DNA of 64,000 bases from the human T2T-CHM13v2.0 reference genome, Homo sapiens. The first letter of the stretch is position 1; every line of letters begins with the position of its first letter. A program made the position numbers and the translations under genes. Below, one piece after another: positions 16,201 to 27,700 of the stretch. The DNA is taken from the NCBI RefSeq assembly GCF_009914755.1, contig NC_060948.1; one strand, written 5' to 3'. Below the pieces are notes generated by a model. It was given only the letters and a program-made list of their open reading frames with translations. It did not search any database and was not told the origin of the DNA.

Positions 16201-18328
16201 TTATATATGATATATATTACATGTTATGTGCTATGCCTTATATGTAACATATAACCTCATATATTTTATATGTCATAGTATATAATATTTATCCTGTGTC
16301 AGCTTATATATACTATATATATTACATAACATATATAATAAATAATGCATATTATACATCTTATATATGAAATTATATAATTATAGATAACATAATACAC
16401 ATTTATATGTATTATGATATATAACAAAGGTACTATATCATATATGATATATAATATATATGTTTGTAGTACATATTATAATTTTTATATATTATAATTT
16501 ATATAATGATATAATTTTTTATAGAATATAAATAATTATATATGATTATATAATTCTATATATTATAAATGAAAATATGTAGAATTACATGTTTATCTAG
16601 TTATATGTATAATAATATAATTATATATGTAGTTATATATATCACATAATAGACAACATACATATTATATAATGTATAATATATATTATAGAATATATGA
16701 TACATGATATATATGATATTTAATGTAACATAATATAATCTATATTATAATATTATGTATGTTACTTATATTGGGTGATATGTAATATATATTATGTAAT
16801 ATGAAATAATATAATATATATTATATTATGATATTTTATGTAAATTATGTTATAAAAGTATATATAACATAATATATAGTTATATATAATATATTATAAA
16901 GTTATATATATTATATTACATATTTACCTAAAATATTATACAGTTATATATAATTTCAAACAGTTATATATAACAGAATATATAACATATAGAATACATA
17001 TCATAAAATATATATTGTATATCATATATATTAGGTATCATATATTGTATGTTATATATCATATACTCTATATCATATATCATATATTATATGTTATATA
17101 TATCACATTCCACATATTGTATATTATAAATTATACATAATATATTGCATTCTTTATTTTACATGTAATAAATTATACATTATAGGTAACATAGTATATA
17201 TTGTATGTAACCGGTATATTCTATGTAAAATAAATAATATATAACACATGTGACATGTAATTAATAACATAGTCATGTAATATATATTTAATATAGGTAT
17301 TATACATACAACGTATTATATATAATATATAATGTATATTACATATGTCATAAAATATAATATATATTATATGTCGCATTTTATATATACAATTATATAT
17401 TATTATATGTTGTTTTATACTATATATAACATAGACATAATATATATATTATGCATAATGGGTATTATATATAACAGATATATTATATATAATATATATA
17501 ATGCATAATTTATATTTAATACGTATATTAACCGTATAATATATTCTATATATGATATATAACATATATTATATATGTCATAAATTATAATATATACTAT
17601 ATGTTATATTGAATAAATATAAAACTTATATATTATCAATTATTATATTTTATGCAATATATATAACATAAGATTCAGGATGTAAAACAATATTATACAT
17701 AGGTTATATATATTATATATATGATACTGTATATTATTATATACATAATGTATACGTATGTTTGTGGGTGCCCTTTTTCCCATCTCATAACTTGTTTTAA
17801 GAAGCGCAGCCTAATAACGTGTGGGCTTGGGATTCAGTTCTTGAAACAAAACTCTGAGCCTTCAATGACCTTTCGGTCTATGTAAAAGCACTCCTGTCTT
17901 CCTGGCAGCAGTTGGACCTCACAATGTGGATTGTGCCCTCACCCAGCAATGTTTATGCCCTATCGCCATGGTGACGGAATTAGGGGTCTCCTGCTCTTCG
18001 TCCTAAGGACCACTGTCTGTGCTGTGTCTTTCAAAGGTCAGAAGAGATTGAACCTTTGTGGTTTTATTTTCCCTGAGTTTGCTTTTTCTCATGGGGAACC
18101 GGTGTTGCTGCTTTGAAGGTATATTCATACTGGCCTTTCAAATGCCAACTCTTCAAATTACTAGTTAAGGCTTTCAAAATATGTTATTTAAAAAATTATC
18201 CTCTGTATTTTCCATATGCAGTTATAAGTAGGTTTCATGGTTATGTTTTATTCCTCAGTTTATACATTTGATTATTGTACCAAGCAGAGTACCTTTGAAA
18301 TTTTTTTTCATTTAAAAAATATGGATCT

Positions 18329-18620
18329 TGGCTCAGGCCTGTAATCCCAGCAAATTTGGAGGCCAAGGCAAGGGGATCACAAGGTGAATAGATCAAGACC
18401 ATCCTGGCCAATACAGTGAAAGGCTGTCACTACTAAATATCCAAAAAATTAGCTAGGCATGGTGGCAGCTGGTGTAGTCCCAGTGTGGTGTAGTCCCAGC
18501 TACCTGGGAGGCTGAGGGAGGACAATCGCTTGGACACGTGAGGCAGATGTTGCAGTGAGCAAAGATGGCGCCATTGTACCCCACCCTGTGCAAGAGGACA
18601 AGATTCTGTCTAAAAAAAAA
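18329..18620 (+). mobile_element. Diverged, 5'-truncated Alu within inverted DYZ2 unit
   Basis: TGGCTCAGGCCTGTAATCCCAGC...AGATTCTGTCT-A9. Confidence 0.93.
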
Positions 18621-20747
18621 TTATATATGATATATATTACATGTTATGTGCTATGCCTTATATGTAACATATAACCTCATATATTTTATATGTCATAGTA
18701 TATAATATTTATCCTGTGTCATCTTATATATACTATATATATTACATAACATATATAATATATGATACATATTATACATCTTATATATGAAATTATATAA
18801 TTATAGATAACATAATACACATTTATATGTATTATGATATATAACAAAGGTACTATATCATATATGATATATAATATATATATTTGTAGTACATATTACA
18901 ATTTTTATATATTATAATTTATATAATGATATAATTTTTATAGAATATAAATAATTATATATGATTATATAATTCTATATATTATAAATGAAAATATGTA
19001 GAATTACATGTTTATCTAGTTATATGTATAATAATATAATTATATATATAGTTATATATATCACATAATAGACAACATACATATTATATAATGTATAATT
19101 TATATTATAGAATATATGATACATGATATATATGATATATAATATAACATAATACAATCTATATTATAATATTATGTATGTTACTTATATTGGGTGATAT
19201 GTAATATATATTATGTAATATGAAATAATATAATATATATTATATTATGATATTTTATGTAAATTATGTTATAAAAGTGTATATAACATAATATATAGTT
19301 ATATATAATATATTATATAGTTATATATATTATATTACATATTTACATAAAATATTATACAGTTATATATAATTTCAAATAGTTACATATAACAGAATAT
19401 AAAACATATAGAATACATATCATAAAATATATATTGTATACCATATATATTAGGTATCATATATTGTATGTTATATATCATATACTCTATATCATATATC
19501 ATATATTATATGTTATATATATCACATTCCACATATTGTACATTATGAATTATACATAATATATTGCATTCTTTATTTTACATGTAATAAATTATACATT
19601 ATAAGTAACATAGTATATATTGTATGTAACCCGTATATTCTATGTAGAATATATAATATATAACACATGTGACATGTAATTAATAACATAGTCATATAAT
19701 ATATATTTAATATAGGTATTATACATACAACGTATTATATATAATATATAATATATATTACATATGTCATAAAATATAATATATATTATATGTCGCATTT
19801 TATATATACAATTATATATTATTATATGTTGTTTTATACTATATATAACATAGACATAATATATATATTATGCATAATGGGTATTATATATAACATATAT
19901 ATTATATATAATATATATAATGCATAATTTATATTTAATACGTATATTAACCGTATAATATATTCTATATATGATATATAACATATATTATATATGTCAT
20001 AAATTATAATATATACTATATGTCATATTGAATAAATATAAAACTTATATATTATCAATTATTATATTTTATGCAATATATATAACATAAGATTCAGGAT
20101 GTAAAACAATATTATACATAGGTTATATATATTATATATATGATACTGTATATTATTATATACATAATGTATACGTATGTTTGTGGGTGCCCTTTTTCCC
20201 ATCTCATAACTTGTTTTAAGAAGCGCAGCCTAATAACGTGTGGGCTTGGGATTCAGTTCTTGAAACAAAACTCTGAGCCTTCAATGACCTTTCGGTCTAT
20301 GTAAAAGCACTCCTGTCTTCCTGGCAGCAGTTGGACCTCACAATGTGGATTGTGCCCTTACCCAGCAATGTTTATGCCCTATCGCCATGGTGACGGAATT
20401 AGGGGTCTCCTGCTCTTCGTCCTAAGGACCACTGTCTGTGCTGTGTCTTTCAAAGGTCAGAAGAGATTGAACCTTTGTGGTTTTATTTTCCCTGAGTTTG
20501 CTTTTTCTCATGGGGAACCTGTGTTGCTGCTTTGAAGGTATATTCATACTGGCCTTTCAAATGCCAACTCTTCAAATTACTAGTTAAGGCTTTCAAAATA
20601 TGTTATTTAAAAAATTATCCTCTGTATTTTCCATATGCAGTTATAAGTAGGTTTCATGGTTATGTTTTATTCCTCAGTTTATACATTTGATTATTGTACC
20701 AAGCAGAGTACCTTTGAAATTTTTTTTCATTTAAAAAATATGGATCT

Positions 20748-21039
20748 TGCTTCAGGCCTGTAATCCCAGCAAATTTGGAGGCCAAGGCAAGGGGATCACA
20801 AGGTGAAGAGATCAAGACCATCCTGGCCAATACAGTGAAAGGCTGTCACTACTAAATATCCAAAAAATTAGCTAGGCATGGTGGCAGCTGGTGTAGTCCC
20901 AGTGTGGTGTAGTCCCAGCTACCTGGGAGGCTGAGGGAGGACAATCGCTTGGACACGTGAGGCAGATGTTGCAGTGAGCAAACATGGCGCCATTGTACCC
21001 CACCCTGTGCAACAGGACAAGATTCTGTCTAAAAAAAAA
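20748..21039 (+). mobile_element. Diverged, 5'-truncated Alu within inverted DYZ2 unit
   Basis: TGCTTCAGGCCTGTAATCCCAGC...AGATTCTGTCT-A9. Confidence 0.93.
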
Positions 21040-21699
21040 TTATATATGATATATATTACATGTTATGTGCTATGCCTTATATGTAACATATAACCTCATA
21101 TATTTTATATGTCATAGTATATAATATTTATCCTGTGTCATCTTATATATACTATATATATTACATAACATATATAATATATGATACATATTATACATCT
21201 TATATATGAAATTATATAATTATAGATAACATAATACACATTTATATGTATTATGATATATAACAAAGGTACTATATCATATATGATATATAATATACAT
21301 ATTTGTAGTACATATTACAATTTTTATATATTATAATTTATATAATGATATAATTTTTATAGAATATAAATAATTATATATGATTATATAATTCTATATA
21401 TTATAAATGAAAATATGTAGAATTACATGTTTATCTAGTTATATGTATAATAATATAATTATATATATAGTTATATATATCACATAATAGACAACATACA
21501 TATTATATAATGTATAATATATATTATAGAATATATGATACATGATATATATGATATATAATATAACATAATATAATCTATATTATAATATTATGTATGT
21601 TACTTATATTGGGTGATATGTAATATATATTATGTAATATGAAATAATATAATATATATTATATTATGATATTTTATGTAAACTATGTTATAAAAGTAT

Positions 21700-21795
21700 A
21701 TATAATCAATTATTATATTTTATACAAAATATATAACATAATATGCAGGATGTAAAACAATATTATACATATATTATATATCATATATGATTCTA
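21700..21795. other. DYZ2-DYZ1 array junction (complex)
   Basis: AT-rich sequence jumps ~770 bp within the unit at ~21705, then passes via ...ATATGAT into DYZ1 GATTCTATTCCATTGG at 21789-21791. Confidence 0.92.
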
Positions 21796-24700
21796 TTCCA
21801 TTGGATTACTTTCCATTCGATTACATTCCATTCATGTACATTCCATTCCAGTCAATTACATTCGAGTTCATTACATTACATTCCAGTATATTCCATTGTA
21901 TTCGATCCCATTCCTTTCAATTCCATTTCATTCGACTCCATTATATTCGATTCCATTCCACTCGAATCCATTCCATTAGAGGACATTCCATTCCAATGCA
22001 TTCCATTCCATTCCTTAGCATTCGATTACATTCGATTCCATTTCATTTGATGCCATTCCATCTGATGCCATTCCATGACATTCCATTCCATTCGAGTCCA
22101 TTCCGTTCCAATTCATTCCATTCCGTTTCATGAAATTCGAGTCCTTTCCAGTACATTTCATTCCAATCCCATCCAATCCAATCTACTCCATTCAATTCCT
22201 TTCCATTCCATTTGATTTGATTCCATTCAGTTTGATTCCATTCCGTGAAATTTCGTTCCATTCTATTCCATTGCATTACTTTCCATTCAATTCCATTCCA
22301 TTTCATTTCAGTCCATTCGCTTCCTTTCCTTTCGATTCAATTCCATTTGATTCCACTCCATTCTATGCGATTTCATTCCAATCGATTCAATTCCATTCGA
22401 TGACATTCCTTTCGTTTCCATTCCATTCGAGTCCATTCAATTTGAGCATTCGTGTCCATTCTATTCGAGTCCATTCCATTACCGTCTATTCTATTCCCTT
22501 CCATTCCTGTTGATTCAATTTCATTCCCTTCCATTCGATTCCTTTCCATTCGATTCCATTCCTTTCCATTCCATTCCATTCGTTCCCATTCCATGTGATT
22601 TCATTCCATTCCAGTCCATTATATTCGAGTCCACTCCACTCCATTCTATTACATTCAATTCCTTTTGAGTCCGTTCCATAACACTCCATTCATTTCGATT
22701 CCATTTCTTGCCAGTTTTCTTCCATTTTATTCCATTGCGTTCGATTCCATTCCATTCGATTGCATTCCATTCGAATCCTTTCCATTCCATTTCATTCCAT
22801 TCCTTTCTATTCCATTCCATTTCATTCGATTTGATTCCATTCTGTTCTATTCCATTCAATTCTTTTTCATTCCATTCGAATCCTTTCTATTGCAGTCCAT
22901 TCCATTCGAGTCCATTCCAATCCCTTCCATTCCATTCCATTACAGTCCATTCCAATAGATTCCATTCCTTTGCCTTCCATTCGAATCCATTCCATTCTAG
23001 TCCATTCCATTTGAGTCAATTCCATTCCATTCCATTCTATTCCTTTCCAATCCATTCGATTCCATTCGATTCAATTCCATTTGATTCTCTTTCATTCTAT
23101 TTTATTCCATGCCATTTGATTGCATTGCATTCCATTCCGTTTGATTCCAGTCCATTCAAGAAAGTTCCATTCCAGTCCATTGCTTTCCAGTCCATTCCAT
23201 TCCACTCTAGTCTATTCCACTCCATTCCTTTCCATTCCATTCCATACTATTCCATTCCATTCCTTTGCATTCCGTTTCCAATCTATTCGAGTCCATTGCA
23301 TTCCAGTACAATCCATTCCATTACATTCTTTTTGATTCCCTGCCAGTCGATTGCATTGCATACTAGACCATTCCAAAGGAGTCCATTCCATTCTATTTCA
23401 ACACTTTCCATTCCACTCTGTTCGAGTCCATTCCATTCCAGTCCATTTAATTCAAGGGCATTCCATTCCATTCCAGTCCATTTCATGTTATTCCATTCCA
23501 TTCAATTCCATTCCAGATGATTCCATTCCATTCTATACCATTGCTCTCTGTTCCATTCCATTCCATCTGTCTCCATTCCTTTCGTTTCGATTCCTTTCCA
23601 TTCCATTCCATTACATTTGATCCTATTTTATTAAATTGCATTCTATTCGAGTGATTTCCATTCGAGTCCTTTCCATTCGATTCCATTCCATTCTATTCCA
23701 TTCCTTTGGATTCCATTCCATTCCGTTCCGTTCACATCAATTCCTTGCGATTCCATTACATTCGATTTCTTGCCATTCGATTCCATTCCTTTTGACTCCA
23801 TTTCATTCGATTCCATTCCATTCCATTAATTTCCATTCCATTCGAGACCTTTCCATTGCAGTCTTTTCCCTTCGAGTCCATTCCGTTCGATTCCCTTCCA
23901 TTCGATTCCATTCCATTGGAGTCCGTACCAGTCGAGTCCATTCTATTCCAGTCCATTAGTTTCGACTCCATTGCATTCGAGTGCATTCCATTCCGTGGCT
24001 GTCCATTCCATTCCGTTTGATGCCATTCCATACGATTCCATTCAATTCGAGACCATTCTATTCCTGTCCATTCCTTGTGGTTCGATTCCATTTCACTCTA
24101 GTCCATTCCATTCCATTCAATTCCATTCGACTCTATTCCGTTCCATTCAATTCCATTCCATTCGATTCCATTTTTTTCGAGAACCTTCCATTACACTCCC
24201 TTCCATTCCAGTGCATTCCATTCCAGTGTCTTCAGTTCGATTCCATTCCATTCGTTTCGATTCCTTTCCATTCCAGCCCATTCCATTCCATTCCATTCCT
24301 TTCCTTTCCGTTTCATTAGATTCCATTGCATTCCATTCCATTCAATTCAATTCCGTGCTATTCAATTTGATTCATTTCCATTTAATTCCATTCCATTAGA
24401 TTCCATTCCGTACGATTCCATTCCTTTTGAATCCATTCCATTGGAGTCCATTCACTTCCAGAACATTCCATTCCAGTCGATTCCATTCGAGTACATTCCA
24501 TTAAAGTTCATTACATTCTAATACATTCCATTCCATTGCATTCCATTCCATTCCATTCGATGCCATTCGATTGCATTCCATGCCAAATCATTGCATTCCT
24601 TTCCATTCCGTTCCTATCAATTCCATTCCATTCGATTTAGTTCGATTCTATTCACTTCCATTCCATTTGATTCCATTCCATTGGAGTCAATTCCTTTCGA

Positions 24701-27700
24701 CACCCAGCCTTTCCAGTCAATGATTTTGGATTCCATTTTTTTGCATTCCATTACATTCTATGACATTCGATTCCGTTTCATTGCATTCCATTCCATACAT
24801 TTTTATTCCATTCGAGACCGTAGCATTCCACTTTATTCCAGGCCTGTCCATTACAATACATTCCCTTCCATTCCAATGAATTCCATTCCATTCCAATCCA
24901 TTCCTTTCCTTTCGCTTGCATTCCATTCTATTCTCTTCTACTGCATACAATTTCACTCCATTCGTTCCCATTCCATTCAATTCCATTCCATTCAATTCCA
25001 TTCCATTTGTTTCCATTCTCTTCGATTCCATTTCTTTATATTCCATGCCATTCGATTCCATTCTATTGGATTGCATTACATTCGTGTTCATTCCATTCCA
25101 GACCATTCCATTTGACTCCATTCCTTTCGAGCCCTTTCAATTTGAGTCCATTCCTTTCCAGTCCATTTCACTCCAGTCCATTCCTATCCATTCCACACCA
25201 TTCCATCCCATTCCATTCCATTCCATTCCATTCCATTGCATTCCATTCCATTCCATTCCATTGCACTGCACTCCATTCCATTACATTCTACTCTATCTGA
25301 GTCGATTTTATTGCATTAGATTCTATTCCATTGGATTACTTTCCATTCAATTACATTCCATTCATGTACATTCCATTCCAGTCAATTACATTCGAGTTCA
25401 TTACATTACATTCCAGTATATTCCATTGTATTCCATCCCATTCCTTTCAATTCCATTTCATTCGACTCCATTATATTCGATTCCATTCCACTCGAATCCA
25501 TTCCATTAGAGGACATTCCATTCCAATGCATTCCATTCCATTCCATAGCACTCCATTGCATTCGATTCCATTCCATTTGATGCCATTCCATTTGATGCCA
25601 TTCCATGACATTCCATTCCATTCGAGTCCGTTCCGTTCCAATTCATTCCATTCCGTTTCATGAAATTCGAGTCCTTTCCAGTACATTTCATTCCAATCCC
25701 ATCCAATCCAATCTACTCCATTCAATTCCTTTCCATTCCATTTGATTTGATTCCATTGATTTGATTCCATTCAGTTTGATTGCATTCCGTGAAATTTCGT
25801 TCCATTCTATTCCATTACATAACTTTCCATTCAATTACATTCCATTTCATTTCAGTCCATTCGCTTCCTTTCCTTTCGATTCAATTCCATTTGATTCCAC
25901 TCCATTCTATGCGATTTCATTCCAATCGATTCAATTCCATTCGATGACATTCCTTTCGTTTCCATTCCATTCGAGTCCATTCAATTTGAGCATTCGTGTC
26001 CATTCTATTCGAGTCCATTCCATTACCGTCTATTCTATTCCCTTCCATTCCTGTTGATTCAATTTCATTCCCTTCCATTCGATTCCTTTCCATTCGATTC
26101 CATTCCTTTCCATTCCATTCCATTCGTTCCCATTCCATGTGATTTCATTCCATTCCAGTCCATTATATTCGAGTCCACTCCACTCCATTCTATTACATTC
26201 AATTCCTTTTGAGTCCGTTCCATAACACTCCATTCATTTCGATTCCATTTCTTGCCAGTTTTCTTCCATTTTATTCCATTCCGTTCGATTCCATTCCATT
26301 CGATTGCATTCCATTCGAATCCTTTCCATTCCATTTCATTCCATTCCTTTCTATTCCATTCCATTTCATTCGATTTGATTCCATTCTGTTCTATTCCATT
26401 CAATTCTTTTTCATTCCATTCGAATCCTTTCTATTGCAGTCCATTCCATTCGAGTCCATTCCAATCCCTTCCATTCCATTCCATTACAGTCCATTCCAAT
26501 AGATTCCATTCCTTTGCCTTCCATTCGAATCCATTCCATTCTAGTCCATTCCATTCCATTCCATTCTATTCCTTTCCAACCCATTCGATTCCATTCGATT
26601 CAATTCCATTTGATTCTCTTTCATTCTATTTTATTCCATGCCATTTGATTGCATTGCATTCCATTCCGTTTGATTCCAGTCCATTCAAGAAAGTTCCATT
26701 CCAGTCCATTGCTTTCCAGTCCATTCCATTCCACTCTAGTCTATTCCACTCCATTCCTTTCCATTCCATTCCATACTATTCCATTCCATTCCTTTGCATT
26801 CCGTTTGCAATCTATTCGAGTCCATTGCATTCCAGTCCAATCCATTCGATTACATTCCTTTTGATTCCCTGCCAGTCGATTGCATTGCATACTACACCAT
26901 TCCAAAGGAGTCCATTCCATTCTATCTCAACACTTTCCATTCCACTCTGTTCGAGTCCATTCCATTCCAGTCCATTTAATTCAAGGGCATTCCATTCCAT
27001 TCCATTCCATTCCATTTCATATTATTCCATTCCATTCAATTCCATTCCAGATGATTCCATTCCATTCTATACCATTGCTCTCTGTTCCATTCCATTCCAT
27101 CTGTCTCCATTCCTTTCGTTTCGATTCCTTTCCATTCCATTCCATTACATTTGATCCTATTTTATTAAATTGCATTCTATTCGAGTGATTTCCATTCGAG
27201 TCCTTTCCATTCGATTCCATTCCATTCTATTCCATTCCTTTGGATTCCATTCCATTCCGTTCCGTTCACATCAATTCCTTGTGATTCCATTACATTCGAT
27301 TTCTTGCCATTCGATTCCATTCCTTTTGACTCCATTTCATTCGATTCCATTCCATTCCATTAATTTCCATTCCATTCGAGACCTTTCCATTGCAGTCTTT
27401 TCCCTTCGAGTCCATTCCGTTCGATTCCCTTCCATTCGATTCCATTCCATTGGAGTCCGTACCAGTCGAGTCCATTCTATTCCAGTCCATTAGTTTCGAC
27501 TCCATTGCATTCGAGTGCATTCCATTCCGTGGCTGTCCATTCCATTCCGTTTGATGCCATTCCATACGATTCCATTCAATTCGAGACCATTCTATTCCTG
27601 TCCATTCCTTGTGGTTCGATTCCATTTCACTCTAGTCCATTCCATTCCATTCAATTCCATTCGACTCTATTCCGTTCCATTCAATTCCATTCCATTCGAT

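Larger units (their letters stand above)
13504..21790 (+). repeat. DYZ2: DYZ2 / HSat1B tandem array in inverted orientation, ~3.4 units, Alu on plus strand
   Basis: Reverse complement of the same unit; landmarks at 15511, 17931 and 20350 (periods 2420, 2419). Alu now reads in sense (TAATCCCAGC...CTGTCTAAAAAAAAA). Confidence 0.95.
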
